Shown: positions 35,018-48,906 of the stretch, in pieces | Position numbering within the stretch: position 1 is the stretch's first letter | How the letters are laid out: every line of letters starts with the position of its first letter | Assembly (NCBI RefSeq): GCF_003334405.1 | Contig: NZ_QOWM01000001.1 | Source of the DNA: Escherichia coli | Lineage (GTDB): Bacteria; Pseudomonadota; Gammaproteobacteria; Enterobacterales; Enterobacteriaceae | DNA: 64,000 nucleotides | Strand: one strand, 5' to 3' | Notes under the pieces: generated by a model | Told to the model about the DNA's origin: nothing | Databases searched by the model: none | Seen by the model: only the letters and a program-made list of their open reading frames with translations | Program-made: the position numbers and the translations under genes

Positions 35018-35677
35018 ATGCCAGCTTTAGATTTGATTCGACCGTCTGTCACCGCTATGCGGGTGATTGCCTCCGTTAACGCCGATTTTGCGCGTGAACT
35101 GAAATTGCCGCCGCATATTCGTAGCCTCGGTCTGATTTCTGCCGACTCCGATGACGTCACCTACATTGCCGCTGATGAAGCGACCAAGCAGGCGATGGTG
35201 GAAGTGGTGTATGGCCGCTCGCTATATGCGGGCGCTGCACACGGCCCGTCACCGACTGCCGGTGAAGTGCTGATTATGCTTGGTGGGCCAAACCCGGCGG
35301 AAGTGCGTGCAGGTCTGGATGCGATGATTGCGCATATTGAAAATGGCGCAGCTTTCCAGTGGGCTAATGACGCGCAAGATACGGCATTCCTGGCACATGT
35401 AGTTTCGCGTACCGGTTCTTATCTCTCATCAACCGCCGGGATCACGCTTGGCGATCCGATGGCGTATCTGGTGGCACCGCCGCTGGAAGCGACCTATGGC
35501 ATTGATGCAGCCCTGAAGTCTGCCGACGTACAGCTGGCGACCTATGTCCCGCCACCGTCTGAAACCAACTACTCGGCAGCATTTTTAACCGGTAGCCAGG
35601 CAGCGTGTAAAGCAGCCTGTAACGCCTTTACCGATGCAGTGCTGGAAATCGCGCGTAATCCAATCCAGCGTGCGTAA
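35018..35677 (+). CDS. eutL: Microcompartment shell protein EutL
   Basis: 219-aa tandem-BMC-domain ORF. Confidence 0.9.
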   Translation: MPALDLIRPSVTAMRVIASVNADFARELKLPPHIRSLGLISADSDDVTYIAADEATKQAMVEVVYGRSLYAGAAHGPSPTAGEVLIMLGGPNPAEVRAGLDAMIAHIENGAAFQWANDAQDTAFLAHVVSRTGSYLSSTAGITLGDPMAYLVAPPLEATYGIDAALKSADVQLATYVPPPSETNYSAAFLTGSQAACKAACNAFTDAVLEIARNPIQRA

Positions 35678-35689
35678 CGGAGGTTGCCG

Positions 35690-36190
35690 ATGATCAATGC
35701 ACTGGGATTGCTGGAAGTGGACGGCATGGTCGCCGCGATAGATGCAGCGGATGCCATGCTCAAAGCAGCTAACGTTCGTCTGCTCAGTCACGAAGTGCTT
35801 GACCCTGGTCGCTTAACGCTGGTGGTGGAAGGCGATCTGGCGGCGTGTCGTGCGGCGCTGGACGCAGGTTGTGCTGCCGCGATGCGTACCGGGCGTGTCA
35901 TCAGCCGCAAGGAGATCGGTCGGCCAGACGATGACACCCAGTGGCTGGTTACTGGCTTTAACCGCCAGCCGAAGCAACCCGTAAGGGAACCCGACGCGCC
36001 AGTTATCGTCGCGGAATCTGCTGACGAGTTGTTGGCGCTGTTAACATCAGTACGTCAGGGAATGACGGCAGGAGAAGTGGCTGCCCACTTTGGCTGGCCG
36101 CTGGAAAAAGCCAGAAATGCGCTCGAACAGCTCTTTTCTGCCGGGACGTTACGTAAACGCAGTAGTCGTTATCGTCTCAAGCCCCATTAA
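35690..36190 (+). CDS. eutK: Microcompartment shell protein EutK
   Basis: BMC domain followed by a C-terminal basic/helix-turn-helix-like tail; ATG at 35690 preceded by ggagg, the ORF-track start being an upstream TTG. Confidence 0.85.
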   Translation: MINALGLLEVDGMVAAIDAADAMLKAANVRLLSHEVLDPGRLTLVVEGDLAACRAALDAGCAAAMRTGRVISRKEIGRPDDDTQWLVTGFNRQPKQPVREPDAPVIVAESADELLALLTSVRQGMTAGEVAAHFGWPLEKARNALEQLFSAGTLRKRSSRYRLKPH

Positions 36191-36235
36191 CCTGTCGGAG
36201 GTGCCGGGTGTCCTACAACACCCGGCATTAACATC

Positions 36236-37288
36236 ATGAAAAAGACCCGTACAGCCAATTTGCACCATCTTTATCATGAACCCTTACCCGAAAACCTGAA
36301 GCTCACGCCGAAGGTCGAAGTGGATAATGTTCATCAACGACAGACAACGGATGTCTATGAACATGCTTTAACGATTACCGCCTGGCAGCAGATTTACGAT
36401 CAGCTGCATCCGGGCAAGTTTCATGGTGAATTTACGGAAATTCTACTCGATGATATTCAGGTTTTTCGTGAATACACCGGTCTGGCGCTGCGTCAGTCGT
36501 GCCTGGTCTGGCCGAACTCGTTCTGGTTTGGCATTCCGGCGACGCGCGGTGAGCAGGGATTTATCGGTTCGCAATGTCTGGGAAGCGCGGAAATCGCCAC
36601 CCGCCCTGGTGGCACTGAATTTGAACTGAGCACGCCGGATGATTACACGATCCTGGGCGTGGTGCTTTCTGAAGATGTCATCACCCGGCAGGCTAACTTT
36701 TTGCATAACCCGGATCGGGTATTACATATGTTGCGTAACCAGTCGGCGCTGGAAGTGAAAGAGCAGCATAAAGCCGCGCTGTGGGGCTTTGTCCAACAGG
36801 CGCTGGCGACGTTTTGCGAGAATCCGGAAAATCTCCATCAGCCTGCAGTGCGAAAAGTGCTGGGGGATAATTTGCTAATGGCGATGGGGGCCATGCTGGA
36901 AGAAGCGCAACCAATGGTGACGGCGGAAAGCATCAGTCATCAGAGTTACCGTCGATTGCTTTCCCGCGCCCGTGAATATGTGCTGGAAAACATGTCCGAA
37001 CCGGTGACGGTGCTGGATTTGTGTAATCAACTGCATGTCAGCCGCCGCACGCTACAAAACGCGTTTCACGCTATTTTAGGCATTGGCCCGAACGCGTGGC
37101 TGAAACGCATTCGCCTGAACGCCGTACGCCGCGAACTGATAAGTCCGTGGTCGCAAAGTATGACGGTAAAAGACGCCGCCATGCAGTGGGGATTCTGGCA
37201 TCTGGGGCAATTTGCCACGGATTACCAGCAGCTGTTTTCCGAGAAGCCGTCACTGACGCTGCATCAGCGGATGCGGGAGTGGGGGTGA
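36236..37288 (+). CDS. eutR: AraC-family transcriptional activator EutR
   Basis: 350-aa ORF with a C-terminal AraC-type HTH region; a GC hairpin (36204-36225) lies between eutK and eutR. Confidence 0.9.
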
Positions 37289-37293
37289 GGGAG

Positions 37294-38196
<903 letters not shown>

Positions 38197-39066
38197 TTAT
38201 CGCTTTTTCGAATGTGCTTTCTGGTTGTCGAACCAGTGGAAATAACTGATCACGCCTTCAGCAATCGCTGTGGCGATTTTCTGACGAAACGCCGCCGTGC
38301 CTAACAGCCGTTCTTCTTCCGGGTTGGTGATAAACGAGGTTTCCACCAGCACCGAAGGAACCGACGGTGATTTCAACACCACAAATGCCGCTTGTTCGGT
38401 GTTGCGGCTGTGCAGTTTATGCACCGGCTTAATCTTCTTCAGAATATGCGAGCCGAGCGTCAGACTATTTTTAATGGTATCTGTTTGCACCAGATCAAAC
38501 AGCACTTGTTGCAATAGGTGATCCTTGTCAGTCGCCTTTTTACCGGCAACTTCATCGGCGCGGTTTTCGCGTTCAGACAGGTATTTCGCCATTGCGCTAC
38601 TTGCCCCACGGTTAGAGAGGGCAAATACCGAAGCACCGGCAGCTTTCGGGTTGGTAAAGCCATCGGCATGAATTGACATAAACAGATCTGCGCCATGTTT
38701 ATGGGCGATTTCAACGCGATCGTAAAGTGGGATAAACGTATCGCCAGAACGCGTTAAACGCGCATCAATCCCATGATTACGCAAAATGGAACGGACGTTT
38801 TTAGCAATCGCCAGCACCACATGTTTTTCTTTCGAACCGTTGCGTCCGATCGCTCCGGTATCAATTCCGCCGTGACCTGGATCGAGAACAACGACACGTT
38901 TGCCGCCAGATTTTTTGGCTTTCGGCTTGCTGTGTCCGTTGCTGGTTTTTAAAAGTTCGTCTTTGGCGATGGCTTGCGACATTCCTGACAACGTCAGGGC
39001 AGCCAAACCGGCTTTCAGCACCTGGCGGCGCGAAGTGAGTGTTTTTAGTGGTTTAAAAGTGCTCAT
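38197..39066 (-). CDS. amiA: N-acetylmuramoyl-L-alanine amidase AmiA
   Basis: 289-aa ORF with a twin-arginine signal (SRRQVLKAG); 3 bp upstream of hemF. Confidence 0.95.
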   Translation of the reverse strand: MSTFKPLKTLTSRRQVLKAGLAALTLSGMSQAIAKDELLKTSNGHSKPKAKKSGGKRVVVLDPGHGGIDTGAIGRNGSKEKHVVLAIAKNVRSILRNHGIDARLTRSGDTFIPLYDRVEIAHKHGADLFMSIHADGFTNPKAAGASVFALSNRGASSAMAKYLSERENRADEVAGKKATDKDHLLQQVLFDLVQTDTIKNSLTLGSHILKKIKPVHKLHSRNTEQAAFVVLKSPSVPSVLVETSFITNPEEERLLGTAAFRQKIATAIAEGVISYFHWFDNQKAHSKKR

Positions 39067-39279
39067 ACGGCCTGAGTTGTAATAATAAAGTTCCAGATGT
39101 TATATCGTATCGCGTAATCCGTTACGACGGTTTGCTGTTGAGAATTGTTTTACTTTTCATTTCAATAGTTGACAACTCCCCATTATGCCACTTTTTCAAC
39201 CGATTTTCGTCAGATATTGGCTAATTCGACCGTTCACGCCATAATCAGCCTTTTAACCCGCAAAAAGGTAACGAATACC

Positions 39280-39705
39280 ATGGAGATACGCGTATTTCGC
39301 CAGGAAGATTTCGAAGAGGTCATCACCCTTTGGGAGCGTTGCGACTTGCTGCGTCCGTGGAACGATCCGGAAATGGACATCGAGCGTAAGATGAACCATG
39401 ACGTCAGTTTGTTTTTGGTCGCTGAGGTAAACGGTGACGTGGTCGGAACGGTGATGGGCGGTTATGACGGGCATCGCGGGTCTGCTTATTATCTTGGCGT
39501 GCATCCAGAGTTTCGTGGGCGTGGGATTGCCAATGCGTTGCTTAATCGGCTGGAGAAAAAGCTGATTGCTCGTGGCTGCCCGAAAATTCAGATCAATGTG
39601 CCGGAAGATAACGACATGGTGCTCGGAATGTATGAACGCCTGGGATATGAACACGCCGACGTGCTGAGTCTGGGTAAGCGTTTGATTGAAGATGAAGAGT
39701 ACTGA
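39280..39705 (+). CDS. ypeA: GNAT-family acetyltransferase YpeA
   Basis: 141-aa product [24 protein letters not shown]...; start set at the ATG matching the known N-terminus. Confidence 0.85.
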   Translation: MEIRVFRQEDFEEVITLWERCDLLRPWNDPEMDIERKMNHDVSLFLVAEVNGDVVGTVMGGYDGHRGSAYYLGVHPEFRGRGIANALLNRLEKKLIARGCPKIQINVPEDNDMVLGMYERLGYEHADVLSLGKRLIEDEEY

Positions 39706-40141
39706 GTTTCATCCTGTCCATTATGATGCGCACGGTCGCCTGCGTTTACCCTTGCTCTTCTGGCTTGTGCTATTGCTTCAGGCGCGAACCTGGGTGCTGT
39801 TTGTCATTGCCGGTGCGTCGCGCGAGCAGGGTACTGCGCTGCTAAATCTGTTTTATCCCGATCACGATAATTTCTGGCTGGGGCTGATTCCTGGCATTCC
39901 GGCGGTGCTGGCGTTTTTGTTGAGCGGTCGGCGGGCTACGTTTCCTCGCACCTGGCGTGTACTCTATTTTCTGTTGCTGTTGGCGCAGGTGGTTTTACTT
40001 TGCTGGCAACCGTGGCTGTGGCTGAACGGTGAATCCGTTAGCGGTATCGGTCTGGCGCTGGTAGTGGCGGATATTGTGGCGTTAATCTGGCTGCTGACCA
40101 ATCGACGTTTACGCGCTTGTTTTAATGAAGTAAAAGAATAA
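39692..40141 (+). CDS. yfeZ: Inner membrane protein YfeZ
   Basis: 149-aa hydrophobic product [17 protein letters not shown]...; overlaps the ypeA 3' end. Confidence 0.8.
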   Translation: MKSTEFHPVHYDAHGRLRLPLLFWLVLLLQARTWVLFVIAGASREQGTALLNLFYPDHDNFWLGLIPGIPAVLAFLLSGRRATFPRTWRVLYFLLLLAQVVLLCWQPWLWLNGESVSGIGLALVVADIVALIWLLTNRRLRACFNEVKE

Positions 40142-40142
40142 C

Positions 40143-40170
40143 GGCACTTTTTGGTGAATTTGCACTCCAA
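40143..40170 (+). promoter_or_regulatory. Candidate sigma-E-type promoter upstream of yfeY
   Basis: GGCACTT, a 16-nt spacer, then TCCAA resembles the sigma-E consensus GGAACTT-N16-TCAAA; about 30 bp upstream of yfeY. Confidence 0.3.
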
Positions 40171-40201
40171 GCAACGTTATTGAATAACCAAAGGAAGTGA
40201 C

Positions 40202-40777
40202 ATGAAATCGCTGCGTTTAATGTTATGCGCTATGCCATTGATGCTGACCGGCTGTTCCACGATGTCGTCAGTTAACTGGTCTGCCGCTAACCCGTGGAAC
40301 TGGTTTGGGTCGTCCACCAAAGTGAGCGAGCAGGGCGTGGGTGAATTAACGGCGTCCACACCACTGCAAGAACAAGCCATTGCCGATGCGCTTGATGGCG
40401 ATTATCGCCTGCGCAGCGGAATGAAAACCGCGAACGGCAACGTGGTGCGCTTTTTTGAAGTGATGAAGGGCGACAACGTGGCGATGGTGATTAACGGCGA
40501 TCAAGGCACGATCAGTCGCATTGACGTGCTGGATAGCGATATTCCTGCTGACACCGGTGTTAAAATCGGTACACCGTTTAGCGACCTTTACAGCAAAGCA
40601 TTTGGCAATTGCCAAAAAGCTGATGGTGATGATAATCGTGCCGTCGAATGTAAAGCCGAAGGCAGTCAACATATTAGCTACCAGTTCAGCGGGGAATGGC
40701 GTGGTCCTGAAGGGTTAATGCCTTCGGACGATACCCTGAAAAACTGGAAAGTCAGTAAAATTATCTGGCGGCGTTAA
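40202..40777 (+). CDS. yfeY: Lipoprotein YfeY
   Basis: 191-aa ORF with a signal peptide and lipobox (LTGC). Confidence 0.8.
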   Translation: MKSLRLMLCAMPLMLTGCSTMSSVNWSAANPWNWFGSSTKVSEQGVGELTASTPLQEQAIADALDGDYRLRSGMKTANGNVVRFFEVMKGDNVAMVINGDQGTISRIDVLDSDIPADTGVKIGTPFSDLYSKAFGNCQKADGDDNRAVECKAEGSQHISYQFSGEWRGPEGLMPSDDTLKNWKVSKIIWRR

Positions 40778-40788
40778 TTTGCGTCTGA

Positions 40789-41772
<984 letters not shown>

Positions 41773-41795
41773 GCGTTTCTGATTCATTGATTAAA

Positions 41796-41823
41796 GGCCA
41801 GGCAGTAACATTACTGACTGGCC
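41796..41823. terminator. Hairpin downstream of yfeX (copy A of a duplicated 28-nt element)
   Basis: ggccaggcagtaacattactgactggcc forms a stem-loop (ccag..cagtaa / ttactg..ctgg); no clean T-run on the plus strand. Confidence 0.4.
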
Positions 41824-41827
41824 TCAG

Positions 41828-41975
41828 ATTGTTGACCAAGTGCGCGTTGTACACGCCGGATGCGGCGTGAACGCCTTATCCGGCCTACGAAATCGTGCTA
41901 ATTCAATATATTGTGGGCTCCACGTAGGCCTGATAAGCGTAGCGCATCAGGCAGTTTTGCGTTTGTCAGCACTCT
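41828..41975. repeat. REP/BIME cluster
   Basis: gccggatgcggcgtgaacgccttatccggcctac and gtaggcctgataagcgtagcgcatcaggc around an attcaatatattg spacer motif. Confidence 0.7.
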
Positions 41976-41978
41976 CAG

Positions 41979-42010
41979 ACCAGCCAGTAACATTACTGAC
42001 TGGCCTTTTT
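41979..42010. terminator. Hairpin plus T-run adjacent to the yfeW stop (copy B of the duplicated 28-nt element)
   Basis: gaccagccagtaacattactgactggcc followed by ttttt; 26 of 28 nt identical to copy A. Confidence 0.5.
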
Positions 42011-42011
42011 A

Positions 42012-43316
42012 TTACTTCTGCTTTAACGCCGCATACACCTGATCAACTACCCAACCATAAGTTGCAATCGGCAACTGACCGCTTTCGAACATATTGGGAT
42101 TCTTTTGCGGATCGGCAACCGGCGAATGTGGCTTGTTGCTTAACATCACAATCGTCATATGATTCACCGGATCGATAACGGTCACCGTTCCGGTCCAGCC
42201 AGTGTGACCGTAGGTTTGCGGGCTTGCCAGCGTGCCAAACGTCGGCGTCATGGTGGCATTACCATTCACGCGCCAGCCGAGGCCAAAAGTGGCATCTTCC
42301 TTAGAGCTGGTGGTGAACATCTTCACCGTTTCCGCATTGAACAGCTGCACATCACCATAGCCCCCGCCGTTCAGCATCGTTTGCATTAACACCGCAATAT
42401 CGCCGGTATTGGAAAACAAACCTGCGTGCCCGGAAACGCCGCCCATCGAATAAAAGGCTTTTTCATCGTGCACCTGACCCCAGAGAGTGGAGGTGCGGAT
42501 ATTCGGGAAATGGATCACGCCATCGCGGGTATTGCCGTTCAATTCCGTGGCGGCAATTTGTTGCGGTTTAAAGCCTTTCAGCAGCGGGTTAAATACCGTA
42601 TGTGTCAGGCCGAGCGGGCGATAAATCGACTCTTCAACATAGCGGTCAAGCGGCTGACCGGTAACCGACTCGACGATAAATCCAAGCAGCATATAATCGA
42701 CATCGCTGTAGATATGTTTGCTGCCGGGCTGATATTCCAGCGGCGTGCGCTTGATCATCTCCAGCGTCTGGCCTTTATCCTGGGAATATAACGCGCCCGC
42801 GACCGCTTTATTCGGGTATTGCGGATCTGCCGGGAAACCGCCGCTGTGATGCAGCAGGTCAGAAATCCGCAGGGTGTTTTTGCCTTTAATGGTGTCATTT
42901 GGACTATCGGCAAACCCCGGAATATATTTCGCAATCCGATCGTCAGGATGCAGTTTGCCTTCGCTCATCAGCTTTTGCAGGGCGAAGTTCGTGGCGTACA
43001 TTTTGGTGTTTGAGGCCAGGTCATACAGCGTCCCGGTGGTGGCTTTGACAGGCTGTTCCATCAACACGCTGCCATCGTACTTTTTCGCCGCTCCCCAGGC
43101 TTTGCGATACACAATCTGATTATCTTTAATGATCAGCAGGTTTACGCTGGGATAACCGACATCAACTTGCTGGCTAATCCAGCGATCCATCTGGTTAAGC
43201 CGTTCGACGTTAAACCCTGCTTTCTCTGGCGAGCTTTCTGTCAGAACAGGGTATTTTGCGGCGCTGACGCTACAACTAACAGCCAGCAGAGAAAGATAGA
43301 GCATTGTCCGTTTCAT
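42012..43316 (-). CDS. yfeW: Penicillin-binding protein 4B-like serine hydrolase YfeW
   Basis: Product MKRTMLYLSLLAVSCSVSAAK... with a signal peptide and an S-x-x-K motif (SNTK); start set at the internal ATG. Confidence 0.85.
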   Translation of the reverse strand: MKRTMLYLSLLAVSCSVSAAKYPVLTESSPEKAGFNVERLNQMDRWISQQVDVGYPSVNLLIIKDNQIVYRKAWGAAKKYDGSVLMEQPVKATTGTLYDLASNTKMYATNFALQKLMSEGKLHPDDRIAKYIPGFADSPNDTIKGKNTLRISDLLHHSGGFPADPQYPNKAVAGALYSQDKGQTLEMIKRTPLEYQPGSKHIYSDVDYMLLGFIVESVTGQPLDRYVEESIYRPLGLTHTVFNPLLKGFKPQQIAATELNGNTRDGVIHFPNIRTSTLWGQVHDEKAFYSMGGVSGHAGLFSNTGDIAVLMQTMLNGGGYGDVQLFNAETVKMFTTSSKEDATFGLGWRVNGNATMTPTFGTLASPQTYGHTGWTGTVTVIDPVNHMTIVMLSNKPHSPVADPQKNPNMFESGQLPIATYGWVVDQVYAALKQK

Positions 43317-43320
43317 GATA

Positions 43321-44745
<1,425 letters not shown>

Positions 44746-44748
44746 GGG

Positions 44749-45645
44749 TTATTCCTTGTCTAAAACCTGACGAATAAAGCCGCCGTGTTGATCCAGGCGT
44801 TTTTTAGCTTCTGCGGCATCGAGATTTTTCAGCACCATCACAATGGCCGTTTTACAGTTGCGCTCGCAAGCAATTAACGCCGCTTCCGCTTGCTCTGCGC
44901 TACATCCGGTGGCGTTTTTAACAATATTGACCTGTCGCACATGCAGTTTTTCGTTGGTGGCGACCACATCGACCATCAGGTTGCCGAACACTTTGCCGGA
45001 TTTAATCATCAGCCCGGTGGAAAGCATATTGAGCACCAGTTTCTGCGCTGTACCTGCTTTCATCCGCGAAGAACCGGTAACAACTTCGGCACCTACAATC
45101 GGTGTAATGGCAAACTCAGCGGTGGTTGAAACGGCGCTCCCCGGATTACAGGAAATTCCCACTGTGCGGCAGCCGAGCTGGCGTGCGTATTCCAGTCCGG
45201 CAATCACATACGGCGTGCGACCGCTGGCAGCAATGCCAACCACCACATCCTGTGCCGTTAAATTAATATTTTTCAGATCATTAACACCGCCTTCCCGGCT
45301 ATCTTCCGCGCCTTCCACCGCGTGCTGAATGGCATATTCGCCGCCAGCAATCAAACCAACCACCAGACCCGGTTTCACGCCGTAGGTGGGCGGACATTCG
45401 CTGGCATCCAGAATCCCCAGACGACCGGATGTTCCCGCACCGAGGTAAATCAGACGCCCGCCGCCGCTTACCTGGGCGTGGATAACATCGATCGCCGCGG
45501 CGATATCCGGCAGTACGCGCTCAACGGCAAGCGGTACGGTTTTATCTTCATCGTTGATAATCCGGCACATTTCCAGCGTCGATACGCGGTCAATTTCAGC
45601 CGAGGCGGTGTTCGAGCCTTCAGTAATCATCTTTTCAAATTGCAT
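44749..45645 (-). CDS. murQ: N-acetylmuramic acid 6-phosphate etherase
   Basis: 298-aa SIS-domain ORF; 3 bp upstream of murP. Confidence 0.95.
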
Positions 45646-45748
45646 CGGTGGTGACCTTACTATTTACGATCAAATAATTGCAGATGTATGGAATCATATA
45701 TCCCGAATTGACAGGCTTAAAGGAATCATTGAGTCTACACTCGCAGAG

Positions 45749-45764
45749 TGTGAAGAGCGTCATA
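45749..45764. promoter_or_regulatory. Candidate CRP site in the murQ-murR divergent region
   Basis: tgtgaagagcgtcata matches TGTGA-N6-TCACA with one mismatch. Confidence 0.4.
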
Positions 45765-45808
45765 AGAACTTAAGCGGAATTTATGCTGCCAGCCCAGGAG
45801 AGTGGAAG

Positions 45809-46666
45809 ATGTTGTACCTGACGAAAATAAGCAATGCGGGGAGTGAATTCACCGAAAACGAGCAAAAAATCGCTGACTTTCTGCAGGCCAACGTGAGTGA
45901 GCTGCAATCCGTTTCTTCACGGCAGATGGCGAAACAGCTCGGCATTAGCCAGTCGAGCATAGTGAAATTTGCCCAAAAACTCGGCGCGCAAGGATTTACT
46001 GAATTGCGTATGGCGTTAATAGGCGAATACAGTGCCAGCCGGGAGAAAACGAATGCCACGGCACTGCACCTGCACAGTTCGATTACCAGTGATGATTCGC
46101 TGGAAGTGATCGCGCGCAAACTGAATCGCGAAAAAGAGCTGGCGCTGGAGCAAACCTGCGCGTTGCTCGATTACGCGCGGCTGCAAAAAATCATTGAGGT
46201 CATCAGTAAAGCACCGTTTATCCAGATAACGGGCCTGGGCGGATCGGCGCTGGTGGGGCGCGATCTGTCGTTCAAACTGATGAAAATTGGCTATCGCGTG
46301 GCCTGCGAAGCCGACACGCACGTACAAGCCACCGTTTCCCAGGCGTTGAAAAAAGGCGATGTACAAATCGCTATCTCTTACAGCGGCAGTAAAAAAGAGA
46401 TTGTCTTGTGCGCAGAAGCGGCACGAAAGCAGGGGGCAACGGTGATTGCCATTACTTCTCTGACTGACTCTCCGCTGCGGCGGCTGGCGCATTTCACCCT
46501 CGATACCGTTTCCGGAGAAACCGAATGGCGTAGCTCGTCGATGTCTACCCGCACGGCGCAAAATTCTGTTACCGATTTACTGTTTGTTGGCCTTGTGCAA
46601 CTCAATGATGTGGAGTCATTGAAAATGATTCAGCGCAGCAGTGAGCTAACACAACGCCTGAAATGA
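45809..46666 (+). CDS. murR: RpiR-family transcriptional repressor MurR
   Basis: 285-aa product [25 protein letters not shown]... with an N-terminal HTH and C-terminal SIS domain; start set at the internal ATG. Confidence 0.9.
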   Translation: MLYLTKISNAGSEFTENEQKIADFLQANVSELQSVSSRQMAKQLGISQSSIVKFAQKLGAQGFTELRMALIGEYSASREKTNATALHLHSSITSDDSLEVIARKLNREKELALEQTCALLDYARLQKIIEVISKAPFIQITGLGGSALVGRDLSFKLMKIGYRVACEADTHVQATVSQALKKGDVQIAISYSGSKKEIVLCAEAARKQGATVIAITSLTDSPLRRLAHFTLDTVSGETEWRSSSMSTRTAQNSVTDLLFVGLVQLNDVESLKMIQRSSELTQRLK

Positions 46667-46794
46667 TGCATAAAGCAGCGACTGGATTGAGATTTTCCTG
46701 AATTAGTGAGCTGATCCGCAGCAATATTTTGTTTATCCTGTATTTTCAGAGGGAATGGAGTGTAACGCTCTGTATTAACAAGGAGAGCATTAAA

Positions 46795-47586
46795 ATGGGT
46801 AAACTCACGGGCAAGACAGCACTGATTACGGGCGCATTGCAGGGAATTGGCGAAGGAATTGCCAGAACTTTTGCACGTCATGGCGCGAACCTAATCTTGC
46901 TGGATATCTCCCCTGAGATCGAAAAGCTGGCGGACGAACTGTGTGGTCGTGGTCATCGCTGTACGGCGGTTGTCGCCGATGTGCGTGACCCGGCGTCGGT
47001 AGCCGCAGCTATCAAACGCGCGAAGGAAAAAGAAGGGCGCATTGATATCCTGGTGAATAACGCAGGCGTTTGTCGTCTGGGCAGTTTCCTCGATATGAGC
47101 GATGACGATCGCGATTTCCATATTGACATCAATATTAAAGGCGTATGGAACGTCACGAAGGCGGTGCTGCCGGAGATGATTGCCCGCAAAGATGGTCGCA
47201 TTGTGATGATGTCTTCAGTCACTGGTGATATGGTGGCCGATCCTGGCGAAACGGCGTACGCCTTAACGAAAGCGGCGATTGTTGGCCTGACAAAATCGCT
47301 GGCGGTGGAGTACGCGCAGTCTGGTATTCGCGTTAACGCCATTTGCCCGGGATACGTGCGCACACCAATGGCGGAAAGCATTGCCCGCCAGTCGAACCCG
47401 GAAGATCCAGAGTCGGTGCTGACTGAAATGGCGAAAGCAATCCCGATGCGTCGCCTCGCCGATCCGCTGGAAGTCGGCGAACTGGCGGCCTTCCTCGCAT
47501 CGGATGAATCCAGCTATTTAACCGGTACACAGAATGTGATTGATGGCGGCAGCACACTGCCGGAGACGGTTAGCGTCGGTATCTGA
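46795..47586 (+). CDS. ucpA: Short-chain dehydrogenase/reductase UcpA
   Basis: Product MGKLTGKTALITGALQGIGEG... with TGxxxGxG and YxxxK SDR motifs; ATG at 46795 preceded by aaggagag. Confidence 0.85.
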   Translation: MGKLTGKTALITGALQGIGEGIARTFARHGANLILLDISPEIEKLADELCGRGHRCTAVVADVRDPASVAAAIKRAKEKEGRIDILVNNAGVCRLGSFLDMSDDDRDFHIDINIKGVWNVTKAVLPEMIARKDGRIVMMSSVTGDMVADPGETAYALTKAAIVGLTKSLAVEYAQSGIRVNAICPGYVRTPMAESIARQSNPEDPESVLTEMAKAIPMRRLADPLEVGELAAFLASDESSYLTGTQNVIDGGSTLPETVSVGI

Positions 47587-47600
47587 TTCACCTCTGTTTC

Positions 47601-47630
47601 CTCCCTGCATTTGTGGGGAGGATTTCGTCT
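47601..47630 (+). terminator. Putative ucpA terminator
   Basis: Imperfect hairpin cctccc...ggggagg followed by a T-rich tract, 15 nt after the ucpA stop. Confidence 0.35.
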
Positions 47631-47889
47631 TGAACTAAGTTCACCAGGCTATTTTATTTGTCATTTTGGCCCCGGGCAGTGCTCGAAATCCTCACGTACT
47701 ATGTGTACGCTCCGGTTTCTCCGCGCTGTTCGTGTCCAAACTGACTGCAACAATTACGCCTGTTGAACCAAGTTCTTATTCCCTTTTCAACTTCCAAATC
47801 ACCAAACGGTATATAAAACCGTTACTCCTTTCACGTCCGTTATAAATATGATGGCTATTAGAAAGTCATTAAATTTATAAGGGTGCGCA

Positions 47890-48906
47890 ATGGCCGTTAA
47901 CTTACTGAAAAAGAACTCACTCGCGCTGGTCGCTTCTCTGCTGCTGGCGGGCCATGTACAGGCAACGGAACTGCTGAACAGTTCTTATGACGTCTCCCGC
48001 GAGCTGTTTGCCGCCCTGAATCCGCCGTTTGAGCAACAATGGGCAAAAGATAACGGCGGCGACAAACTGACGATAAAACAATCTCATGCCGGGTCATCAA
48101 AACAGGCGCTGGCGATTTTACAGGGCTTAAAAGCCGACGTTGTCACTTATAACCAGGTGACCGACGTACAAATCCTGCACGATAAAGGCAAGCTGATCCC
48201 GGCCGACTGGCAGTCGCGCCTGCCGAATAATAGCTCGCCGTTCTACTCCACCATGGGCTTCCTGGTGCGTAAGGGTAACCCGAAGAATATCCACGATTGG
48301 AACGACCTGGTGCGCTCCGACGTGAAGCTGATTTTCCCGAACCCGAAAACGTCGGGTAACGCGCGTTATACCTATCTGGCGGCATGGGGCGCAGCGGATA
48401 AAGCTGACGGTGGTGACAAAGGCAAAACCGAACAGTTTATGACCCAGTTCCTGAAAAACGTTGAAGTGTTCGATACTGGCGGTCGTGGCGCGACCACCAC
48501 TTTTGCCGAGCGCGGCCTGGGCGATGTGCTGATTAGCTTCGAATCGGAAGTGAACAACATCCGTAAACAGTATGAAGCGCAGGGCTTTGAAGTGGTGATT
48601 CCGAAAACCAACATTCTGGCGGAATTCCCGGTGGCGTGGGTTGATAAAAACGTGCAGGCCAACGGTACGGAAAAAGCCGCCAAAGCCTATCTGAACTGGC
48701 TCTATAGCCCGCAGGCGCAAACCATCATCACCGACTATTACTACCGCGTGAATAACCCGGAGGTGATGGACAAACTGAAAGACAAATTCCCGCAGACCGA
48801 GCTGTTCCGCGTGGAAGACAAATTTGGCTCCTGGCCGGAAGTGATGAAAACCCACTTCACCAGCGGCGGCGAGTTAGACAAGCTGTTAGCGGCGGGGCGT
48901 AACTGA
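47890..48906 (+). CDS. cysP: Thiosulfate-binding periplasmic protein CysP
   Basis: 338-aa ORF with a signal peptide; first gene of cysPUWAM. Confidence 0.95.

Noticed and set aside
41796-42006. The duplicated 28-nt hairpins as terminal inverted repeats of an IS or MITE element
   Set aside because: The copies are in direct orientation, the intervening 150 bp is REP sequence with no transposase ORF, and no flanking target-site duplication is evident.
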